A program made the translations under genes and the position numbers. Below are positions 38,375-49,300 of a stretch of DNA of 64,000 nt, piece after piece (position 1 is the first letter of the stretch; the number at the start of each line of letters is the position of its first letter). The DNA lies in assembly GCA_964016885.1 (NCBI GenBank), contig OZ024742.1:19964001-20028000 (forward strand), given 5' to 3'. Under the pieces are notes generated by a model that was not told the DNA's origin, did not search any database, and was given only the letters and a program-made list of their open reading frames with translations. The DNA comes from Eledone cirrhosa (lineage: Eukaryota).

Positions 38375-38464
38375 TCCTCTTGATAAGTCGGCAGACCTCG
38401 CAAGGACTCTATGTCTTTATGATATATTGTTTTTGTTTATGCCACGAAACTACGTAGTCGAGGA
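38375..38464 (+). ncRNA. Type I hammerhead ribozyme (U3:A8 core), predicted cleavage after 38459
   Basis: TCCTC-TTGATAA-GTCGGCAGAC...GTTTATGCCAC-GAAAC-TACGTA-GTC-GAGGA. Confidence 0.85.
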
Positions 38465-38969
38465 ATTTAGGAGCAGTTTAGGTATGATACATTTTATTAC
38501 TAATTATATCTAAATATTTCTTCTCTCTTCATAATGTATTTTTAACTCTGATACTGGTTCAGTCTAGTTCAACTGAATTGGTCTGTCCCAGTCATTCATT
38601 GAGCAACATCGGTGAAGTTGGCACCCTTAACTCACAGTTGGGTGCGGATGCATTCATGTATATATGTGTGTGTCCGCATGTATCTGTGTGTTTCTAATTA
38701 TATTGTTAATAACTCCCTCTGGTCGAGCAATCTTTGAAGTGTGGGGACAGCTGGAAGGCTTCCATTACTCATACTTCTCGCCTTCTTCACCACCTCTTCT
38801 GCGGCCTCGATATAAATACCCCCTCCGCCTCCGTGGTATTTTCTTCGGGGTTATAAGAGGCTTAGCTCTGTTTCTCGACCGTTATATCGCGTGACTATCT
38901 CCCCCTCCGCCTTTTGGGATTCTTTCTCACGTCGTGTAGACGCGTTCTTGAGACTAGTAAAATGAGGTA

Positions 38970-39059
38970 TCCTCTTGATAAGTCGGCAGACCTCGCAAGG
39001 ACTCTATGTCTTTATGATATATTGTTTTTGTTTATGCCACGAAACTACGTAGTCGAGGA
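38970..39059 (+). ncRNA. Identical second hammerhead, predicted cleavage after 39054
   Basis: Exact repeat of 38375-38464 at +595. Confidence 0.85.
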
Positions 39060-39157
39060 ATTTAGGAGCAGTTTAGGTATGATACATTTTATTACTAATT
39101 ATATCTAAATGTTTCTTCTCTCTTCATAATGTATAGATATATATATATATATATATA

Positions 39158-39372
39158 TAGGAAAAGGTATGACCCCGACGGCAGAGCTCAAGCCGTTTCG
39201 ACGGCTATTTCTGAACTCAAGCCATTTCGACGGCTATTTCAGAAATAGCCGTCGAAACGGCTTGAGCTCTGCCGTCGGGGTCATACTTTTTCCTATTACC
39301 CACTCTACTACCCTAAATATTGAGTACTCTGGTGCGTTATGGTCCACCTGGTTCCTTATCACAATTCCTTTG

Positions 39373-39375
<3 letters not shown>
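39158..39375 (+). mobile_element. (TA)n-inserted hairpin family copy (hammerhead 3' half) with internal duplication
   Basis: GACGGCTATTT-CAG-AAATAGCCGTC-GAAACGGC.TTGAGCTCT.GCCGTC-GGGG. Confidence 0.8.
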
Positions 39376-39435
<60 letters not shown>

Positions 39436-39471
39436 TATATATGTGTGAATAGAAATATCTTTTCCTTTCTG

Positions 39472-39512
<41 letters not shown>

Positions 39513-39577
39513 AAATATATTCATGTATCTAGGTATGTGTCTGTTTCTTGTATATATATATATATGTGTACGTATAC

Positions 39578-39620
<43 letters not shown>

Positions 39621-40142
39621 CATATATATATATATCGCTCGCACTGATTTTAGGTATCTAGTCTTTAATGCGTCGAAATACCAACGATAATCAGCAGACT
39701 ATTGAAGAGGACATTTTACCCCTTGTCTATATATATATATATATATATATATACGTATATGGAAGCAGCATGACCGAATGGTTAAGAAATTCGGTTTTAC
39801 CCTTTGCAATGTTTAGCACCCGAGTTCGATCCCTTATCGTGACGTCTTAGACAAGTCTTGGGAGAGCAACAGGTTGGAAATCCCATCTGATCGACTGGAA
39901 ACTCTATGTTCGTAGATCCAGTCTAGTCACACTGAATCATGTTAAATATTGGTGAGAATTACTTTAAAGGTACACGTGTCTATGGAATGTACAGCTACTT
40001 ACATACACGTTCATTTTATGAGCATGGGGAGGCTGTTTCGTTGATTAAATAAATGGAACACTCAGCATTGAAACCGTTCCGCAACCTCAGCCCCACTCCC
40101 TACACACACATACACACACACATATATATGTGTGTGTGTGTA

Positions 40143-40228
<86 letters not shown>

Positions 40229-40283
40229 GATATGTATATGTATATATGTGTTTGTATATATATATATATATATATATATATAC

Positions 40284-40329
<46 letters not shown>

Positions 40330-40401
40330 AACACATATATACATATACATATCTATATATATATATATATATATATAGACTGTATATATATATATATACA
40401 A

Positions 40402-40445
<44 letters not shown>

Positions 40446-40449
40446 GCAG

Positions 40450-40507
<58 letters not shown>

Positions 40508-41292
40508 TATATATACACACACCTACATATATGTATATATTTATGTGTGTGAACAAAATTAATGTGTGAACAAAAATAATGTATGTATGTATATATGTAT
40601 ATATATATGTTTATATAGTCTACACACCCACTTACGTTGATAGGGTATTTTCAAATTAATGTGTGTTGACTGAATCCTGAAATTTTGCTAAAGGTCACTG
40701 TTGCGTACTTTGAGCTTTCTACAGCGAGCTTGGCAAATGTTTTAAAATCACGTGTGAAGGTTAACTCAATTATTTCGGTGTCTTATGTTTTCACAATGAA
40801 GTATTTACCTCCAGCCACTTCACATTGTCCTTGGCTCACTTCCACTGCAGGCGTTATTAAACTATATAACATTTACTGAAATCATGCTTTTCTATATACT
40901 GGAATCTTATGTTAGCTTGTTTGCTTATCCGATAACATTAACTTGCTTGTTTGCATACAAATGATATATACATACGTACGTACATACATACATACGTACA
41001 TACATACATACATACATACATACACACATACATGCATACATACGTACATACATACATACATCATACATACATACATACATACATACATACATACATACAT
41101 ACATACGTACATACGTACATACATACATACATACATACATACATACATACATACATACATACATACATACATACATACATACATGCGTACATATATACGT
41201 ACATATATACATGTATATATACGCACAATTATACGTACATATATATATATATGTATGTGTGTGTGTGTGTGTTGCGTGTGCGTATGTGTGTG

Positions 41293-41397
<105 letters not shown>

Positions 41398-41888
41398 GTA
41401 TATATATATATGTATACACACACATATATATATATACACACACACACACATGTATCTCTATATATATATATATATATCAATCAACACACCGTTACCTAAC
41501 ACACACGGATTTATACACACTTACTTACACACACACACACACACACACATATATACATATACACACACGCACAGACACAGACACAGACACACACATGCTG
41601 CCTCACCCATATTATACATTCGTGTATGTACTATATACGACATATTTGAAATAGCTGTGTCTTTAGTTTATGATTAAATATATATATGACGTATGCGTTG
41701 ACCCTCTCATTATTTCGGCATCTGATGTCTACAAAAATAGTTGAAGGTTGTATTTTGTTTCGTTATAGATTTAACGAAAACAAATTTAACAATGTGGCGT
41801 AGTTTTGTGGTGGTAGTAGATGTTCGTAGGTTGTGTATATTAAAACAACGATATCTGTTTATATAGAAATTATATAAGATAAATATAT

Positions 41889-42500
41889 GGGCGGCAAATT
41901 AGAAGAGTAGTTAGAACGTCGGATAGAATGATTTAAAGTATTCATTTCGGCTTTCTGTTCTCATAGTTCAAATCCCGCCTTGGTCAACTTTGTCTTTCAT
42001 TCATTTAAGGTCAATAAAAGAAAGTAGCCGTCAAGTGCTGGGGTTGATTCCTCTTCTATATCTCTTTCTCACCTCAGTTCCCCCACTTTCTCTATCCTTG
42101 GTCAACTCTGACTTTCATCCATTTAAGGTCAATAAAAAAGTACCAGTCTTGAACTGGGGTAGATTCTTCCTCTATATCTCTTTCTCACCCCGATTCTCTA
42201 GCTTTCTCTATCCTTCTCTGGCAGAGTCGTTAAAACGCCAGATAGAATGCTTTGCACTATTCGTTTCGACTTTCTGCTCACTGAGTTCAAATCTCGCCTT
42301 GGTCACTTTTGTCTTTCATCCATTTAAGGTCAACAAAAGAAAGTACCAGTCTAGTACTGGGGCCGATTCTGCCTCTATATCTACTGTATTCAGGCCAGAA
42401 GAAGGATGAATTCCTCCAAGCTTAAAATGGCCAAGAAGCGCCGTATGAGTATGTCAATACGGCGCCCCTACGACTCCCTCGGGAGTTACAGGAACTAAAG
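41889..42500 (+). mobile_element. Cluster of 2-3 tandem SINE family A pieces (alternative-tail subfamily)
   Basis: Repeated CCTTGGTCA.CT.TG.CTTTCAT.CATTTAAGGTCAA and GTTCAAATC B-boxes. Confidence 0.8.
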
Positions 42501-43194
42501 ATTTAAATGTATCAACTGTGCCAATTCGTCATATTATATCACTTGTTTACGTTCAAGCTATATTTACGTTAGGATAACACTAACCTTTAGTCCATATGTA
42601 GTTAACTATAGCTCCACCTAGTCATATGTATCTTTCGTTTATATTTATCATATTAACGTTATATTTACTTCTAGCCAATAGTTACTTCTAGGATATATTT
42701 ACTGTTATCATTATCCTGTCCGTCGGGACCATCGCAGGGTAACCCCCTCCCCTCCCAGCTATTGCTGGTACTCATTTTCATGGATGAACGTGCAATGAAG
42801 TTTTTGCTCACCCTTACCACTAGACCACGTGCCCCTACTTACGGCATGCGTAACACCTAAGCTTCTTGTCGACCATTAAGAATCTTATTTAGTCCCCAAC
42901 TACAAATGAATGTTGTTGGGATATTTTGTAGGTTCACAGTTGGGGTTATTTAATGAAACCTTATTGGCTCTATTAGAAAGTGGGTCTGGAGGTGAACATA
43001 TTTCCATACTCTGCTACTACCATCGTTTGAAAGTTCCTGAAACCCAAATGGCAACCTGATTGCTAATTGTGTGAAGGTGCATGTGAGGGTCGATAGTTTG
43101 GGGGCGTCTAGTCCTTATTGATGCACAAATTCTGTAATGTTCCATATTAACATCCACTGGTATTATGTCATATTTCTCATACAGTGGTGTCATG

Positions 43195-43395
43195 TCGCCT
43201 CTCATACTACCACCTGCTAATGTCATATCATATATCACATATTACCACCTACTTGTGTCATATCATGTATCACATATTACCACCTGCTTGTGTCATATCA
43301 TATATCACATATTACCACCTGCTTGTGTCATATCATATATCACATACTTGTGTCATATCATATATCACATATTACCACCTGCTAATGTCATATCA
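43195..43395. repeat. ~35-bp minisatellite, about 5 copies
   Basis: TGTCATATCATATATCACATATTACCACCT(A/G)CTTG repeated. Confidence 0.9.
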
Positions 43396-43807
43396 TCTCC
43401 CATATTTAATACAATTAGTGACATCTCATATGACACACCCACACATTGCGTTTATTTTACTCCGTGTGCTACTGTAGGTTTCTCTAACCTTTTACTTCCT
43501 GTATTTCTATGTGTCAGCCTCTGGTCTGGTTAACATAGACCGAATAAAGCAGGCTTTACATTTTCCTTTTTATCCCTGATAACATCCTTGTTAGATAGAG
43601 TGTTATTCACTAAAAAGATAGTACTTCTGATGAAGGAACTGGCTTTCCTATTGCCATATCCCGTTCCGTCATTTTATATATTTTTATGTTAGTGTCTAAG
43701 ATGGTGATGATAGTGATTTCACTGCCGCTATTTTCTCTACTTCTCCATCTTGTTGGCTTGCTATCATGATACAGTTAGTTTTATGGTCATTATCTGTGTT
43801 AGCACTG

Positions 43808-44015
43808 TGGCGGTGGATTGGCAGTATCGGTAGAGCATCGGACAACATGCTTCGTGGCAGAGAGCTACGTCCCTTTACGTTCTTATTTAAAATCCCACCG
43901 AGGTTAGCTTTGCCTTTCATCCTTACAGAGTCGAGAAAATAAAGTACCTGTAATGCACTGGGATCGACTTAATCAACTTTCCCCTACCCCCAAAACGTTT
44001 GCCTTGTGGTTAAAT
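43808..44015 (+). mobile_element. SINE family A
   Basis: GGCGGTGGATTGGCAGTATCGGTAGAGC...CCGAGGTTAGCTTTGCCTTTCATCCTTAC. Confidence 0.88.
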
Positions 44016-44399
44016 AAAAATTCATTAACTCAATTGCTTTCGTAAGGAAGCCCTAGTGCAGTAATGAAATCTATGTAAAAATAATTAACCACACAATTAG
44101 TAAACCAATCCAGAAACTATATGAACCCGGAAGAGGTTTGACTTGAAAACTGGGTAGATGTAGCTTGCTTAGATTTAGGCAGTGGAACAGATGTTGGGTG
44201 AACACATAAAGAATCAATATGTTATCTTCTCAATGAACCAATGATATTTGTGAGTCACTGTGTAGGAGATAACACGTGAACCGGATATTGTTTGTCTTCG
44301 TAATCAGGGGATATTTTGACTAGTAGAGTGTGTTTCATAAATTAATCAGATTTTTGAATGTATGAAATGTTTGAATGTTGCTTTATTTATGGAACAAAT

Positions 44400-44870
44400 G
44401 TAATAATGGTTTCTTATATAGGCACAAGGCCAGCAATTTTGGGGAGGGGGTAAGTCGATTAAATTGATTCCAGTACGTTACTGGTACTTTATTTTACTGA
44501 TCCCGTAAGGATGAAAGGCAAAGTTAACCTTGACCGGATATGAAATCAGAACGTAAAGGGACGTATCTCTATATCATAAAGCATGGTGTCCGATGCTCTT
44601 CCCATTACTGTCAATCCACCACCCTTGGGACAGATGTAATAATGGGTTCTGATTTAGGGGGAAGGGAAAGTCGTTAAATCAACTCCAGTACATTACTGGC
44701 ACTTTATTTTACCGACCCCCGTAAGGAGAACAGATGTAAAAATTGTTTCTACTTTTGGCACAAGGCCAGCAATTATCCCAGTGTACCACTGGTACTTTAT
44801 TTTATTGACCCCATAAAGATGAAAGGCAGAGTTAACCGCGGCGGGATTTGAATCCATACCATAAAGGGCT
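44400..44870 (-). mobile_element. Stack of about 3 SINE family A copies or fragments
   Basis: Repeated ACTGG.ACTTTATTTTA...CCCGTAAGGA and GGCACAAGGCCAGCAATT. Confidence 0.85.
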
Positions 44871-45160
44871 GAAAAGCTTGGCGTTCGAGCCTCTATGAAG
44901 AATGACAATATGGAGTCAATCAAATAGATAACAACAACAAATAATAGATTTCAATAGTATCTGATATTAACTCGTTTACAGTGCCTGGCATAAAATATGT
45001 CTTTGTGGTAATGGACAGAAACATGACTGAAATACTCGTACACCACATATGGATGCTTATAGGAAATATTTATTAAAACAATACCACATATTTCACCAGA
45101 ATTAAAAGGATTGAAATAATTAAAGAGTTATTTGAAATGTCAAACACGCTCACACCAACA

Positions 45161-45622
45161 TTAACACTTTTGTTAACAATATTTTAAATAAAGGACACTG
45201 CCTATGTGTGTGCAATTTATTTTGAAAGTTATGAAGAATTTAGAGAGTATTGTAATATAAATTAACATTTTCATTATTAGGCTGGTGTAGAGGTGGTGGA
45301 TTGGCAGAATCGGTAGAGCGTCGGACAACATGCTTCGTGGCATAGAGTTACGTCTCTATCCCACCGAGGTTAGTTTGCCTTTCATCCTTACGGGGTCGAT
45401 AAAATAAAGTACCAGTAATGCACTGAAGTCGACTTAATCGACTTTCCCCTCCCCCTAAATTGCTGGCCAAAACCAGAAATCATTATTGGGCCGATAACTT
45501 AACAAAAGCTTCTTATTTAAACTTATGGAAAGTTTTAATTTAAATACAAACAGTTCAAAGCTGACAGTTTTGTACCATAAAACCAGCGGGGGTTTCAGGC
45601 GGGTCGATATTAAAAGGGTTAA
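45161..45622. mobile_element. piggyBac-like MITE (TTAA ends) with a nested SINE A at 45288-45490
   Basis: TTAA|CACTTTTGTTAAC ... GATATTAAAAGGG|TTAA. Confidence 0.55.
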
Positions 45623-45884
45623 TATTGAAATCAGAATTGCATTGTTATGTATGATTAACCCCATGACACTATCAGAAATGGGTGAGCGAAGAAGAAGAAG
45701 AAGAAGAAGAAGAATGATTGATTCTACTTTATGGAAGCGAAACACTGACATTAACAAAAGTATTATCAAATAGATTACAAGACTGGAAAGGAAGAAGGGG
45801 GAAACAAACAAGAATTACATAGATGACTAATGTAAAGGTATATTCAGCCACACCTTCGATCTATATAACGAGCTGGACCATAAT

Positions 45885-46070
45885 GGTCGGGGGAAGGTAA
45901 GTCAGGTAAATCGACCCCAGTGTATTACTGGTACTTTATTTTATCGACCTCGTAAGGATAAAAGGCAAAGCTAACTTCCGCGGGATTTAAACTCAAAAAG
46001 TAAAGGGCCGTAACTCTAAGCCGCAAAGCATGTTGCCCGACTCTCTAATGATACTACCAATCTACTGCCT
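45885..46070 (-). mobile_element. SINE family A
   Basis: ATCGACCCCAGTGTATTACTGGTACTTTATTTTATCGACCTCGTAAGGAT.AAAGGCAAAG. Confidence 0.85.
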
Positions 46071-46250
46071 TGGCTGGTCTGTAATAGTTTCTGATTTAGG
46101 CAAAAGGCCAACACATTTTGAGGGAGAGAAACAGTGCGGTTATTAATAAGAAGAGTTAAAATTAATGCATGCAAGATTTCACAGCGCTAGCATCACTCTT
46201 TCATATTCAGCCTATGTACTTATCAGCCGACCCTCAAATGTGTTATATCA

Positions 46251-46328
46251 AGACGATGAATTGGGAAAGTCGTTAGAAAGTCTGATAGAATGGTTTGGAG
46301 ATTTCGTTGCGGCTCTCTGTGCCCTGAG
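46251..46328 (+). mobile_element. SINE family A 5' head running directly into the satellite
   Basis: AGACGATGAATTGGGAAAGTCGTTAGAAAGTCTGATAGAATGGTTTG...GGCTCTCTGTGCCCTGAG aligns with the heads at 5108, 20415(-), 41889 and 42220. Confidence 0.75.
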
Positions 46329-49300
46329 GTTGACTTTGTCCTGAGGTTGACTTTGTCCTGAGGTTGACTTTGTTCTGAGGTTGACTTTGCTCTGAGGTTG
46401 ACTTTGTCCCGAGGTTTACTTTGTCCTGAGGTTGACTTTGCTCTGAGGTTGACTTTGCTCTGAGGTTGACTTTGCCCTGAGGTTGACTTTGTCCTGAGGT
46501 TGACTTTGTCCTGAGGTTGACTTTGTTCTGAGGTTGACTTTACTCTGAGGTTGACTTTGTCCTGAGGTTGACTTTGTCCCGAGGTTGACTTTGTCCTGAG
46601 GTTGACTTTGCTCTGAGGTTGACTTTGCTCTGAGGTTGACTTTGTCCTGAGGTTGACTTTGTCCTGAGGTTGACTTCGCTCTGAGCTTGATTTTGCTCTG
46701 AGGTTGACTTTGTCCTGAGGTTGACTTTGTCCTGAGGTTGACTTTGTTCTGAGGTTGACTTTGCTCTGAGGTTGACTTTGTCTTGAGGTTGACTTTGTCC
46801 TGAAGTTGACTTTGCTCTGAGGTTGACTTTGCTCTGAGGTTGACTTTGTCCTAAGGTTGACTTTGTCAAGAGGTTACCTTTGCCCTGAGGTTGACTTTGT
46901 CCTGAGGTTGACTTTGCTCTGAGGTTGACTTTGCTCTGAGGTTGATTTTGTTCTGAGGTTGACTTTGCCCTGAGGTTGACTTTGTCCTGAGGTTGACTTT
47001 GCACTGAGGTTGACTTTGTCCTGAGGTTGACTTTGCTCTGAGGTTGACTTTGTCCTGAGGTTGACTTTGTCCTGAGGTTGACTTTGTCCTGAGGTTGACT
47101 TTGCTCTGAGGTTCACTTTGCTCTGAGGTTGACTTTGCTCTGAGGTTGACTTTGTCCTGAGGTTGACTTTGTCCTGAGGTTGACTTTGTTCTGAGGTTGA
47201 CTTTGCTCTGAGGTTGACTTTGTCCCGAGGTTGACTTTGTCCCGAGGTTGACTCTGTCCTGAGGTTGACTTTGCTCTGAGGTTGACTTTGTCTTGAGGTT
47301 GACTTTGTACTGAGGTTGTCTTTGCTCTGAGGTTGACTTTGCTCTGAGGTTGACTTTGTCCTGAGGTTGAATTTGTCCTGAGGTTGACTTTGCTCTGAGG
47401 TTGACTTTGCTCTGAGGTTCACTTTGTCCCGAGGTTGACTTTGTCCCGAGGTTGACTTTGCTCTGAGGTTGACTTTGCCCTGAGGTTGACTTTGTCCTGA
47501 GGTTGACTTTGTCCTGAGGTTGACTTTGTTCCGAGGTTGACTTTGCTCTGAGGTTGACTTTGTCCCCAGGTTGACTTTGTCCCGAGGTTGACTTTGTCCT
47601 GAGGTTGACTTTGCTCTGAGGTTGACTTCGCTCTGTGGTTGACTTTGTCCTGAGGTTGACTTTGTCCTGAGGTTGACTTTGCTCTGAGGTTGACTTTGTC
47701 CTGAGGTTGACTTTGTCCTGAGGTTGACTTTGCTCTGAGGTTCACTTTGCTCTGAGGTTGACTTTGCTCTGAGGTTGACTTTGTCCTGAGGTTGACTTTG
47801 TCCTGAGGTTGACTTTGTTCTGAGGTTGACTTTGCTCTGAGGTTGACTTTGTCTCGAGGTTGACTTTGTTCCGAGGTTGACTTTGTCCTGAGGTTGACTT
47901 TGCTCTGAGGTTGACTTTGTCTTGAGGTTGACTTTGTCCTGAGGTTGACTTTGCTCTGAGGTTGACTTTGCTCTGAGGTTGACTTTGTCCTGAGGTTGAC
48001 TTTGTCCTGAGGTTGACTTTGCTCTGAGGTTGACTTTGCTCTGAGGTTGACTTTGTCCCGAGGTTGACTTTGTCCCAAGGTTGACTTTGTCCTGAGGTTG
48101 ATATGCTCTGAGGTTGACTTTGTCCTGTGGTTGACTTTGTCTTGAGGTTGACTTTGTCCTGAGGTTGACTTTGCTCTGAGGTTGACTTTGCTCTGAGGTT
48201 GACTTTGTCCTGAGGTTGACTTTGTCCTGAGGTTGACTTTGCTCTGAGGTTGACTTTGCTCTGAGGTTGACTTTGTCCCGAGGTTGACTTTGTCCCGAGG
48301 TTGACTTTGTCCTGAGGTTGACTTTGTCCTGATGTTGATTTTGCTCTGAGGTTGACTTTGCTCTGAGGTTGACTTGTCCTGTGGTTGACATTGTCCTGAG
48401 GTTGACTTTGCCCTGAGGTTGACTTTGTCCTGAGGTTGACTTTGTCCTGAGGTTGACTTTGCCCTGAGGTTGACTTTGCTCTGAGGCTGACTTTGCTCTG
48501 AGGTTGACTTTGTCCTGAGGTTGACTTTGTCCTGAGGTTGACTTTGTCCTGGGGTTGACTTTGTCCTGAGGTTGACTTTGTCCTGAGGTTGAATTGGCTC
48601 TGAGGTTGACTTTGCTCTGAGGTTGACTTTGTCCCGAGGTTGACTTTGTCCCAAGGTTGACTTTGTCCTGAGGTTGATATGCTCTGAGGTTGACTTTGTC
48701 CTGTGGTTGACTTTGTCTTGAGGTTGACTTTGTCCTGAGGTTGACTTTGCTCTGAGGTTGACTTTGCTCTGAGGTTGACTTTGTCCTGAGGTTGACTTTG
48801 TCCTGAGGTTGACTTTGCTCTGAGGTTGACTTTGCTCTGAGGTTGACTTTGTCCCGAGGTTGACTTTGTCCCGAGGTTGACTTTGTCCTGAGGTTGACTT
48901 TGCTCTGAGGTTCACTTCGTCATGAGGCTGACTTTGCTCTGAGGTTGACTTTTTCCTGAGGTTGATTTTGTCCTGAGGTTGACTTTGCTCTGAGGTTGAC
49001 TTTGCTCTGAGGTTGACTTTGCTCTGAGGTTCACTTCGTCCTGAGGCTGACTTTGCTCTGAGGTTGACTTTGTCCTGAGGTTGACTTTGTCCTGAGGTTG
49101 ACTTTGCTCTGAGGTTGACTTTGTCCTGAGGTTGACTTTGTCCTGAGATTGACTTTGTCCTGAGGTTGACTTTGCTCTGAGGTTGACTTTGCTCTGAGGT
49201 TGACTTTGTCCTGAGGTTGACTTTGTCCTGAGGTTGAGTTTGCTTTGAGGTTGACTTTGCTCTGAGGTTGACTTTGTCCTGAGGTTGACTTTGCTCTGAT

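Larger units (their letters stand above)
38241..39133 (+). mobile_element. Retrozyme-like / non-autonomous Penelope-type element: 298-bp direct repeats, each with a hammerhead, period 595 bp
   Basis: 38241-38538 and 38836-39133 are almost identical (one substitution seen). Non-coding; TATAAATA at about 38811; (TA)n on both sides. Confidence 0.85.
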
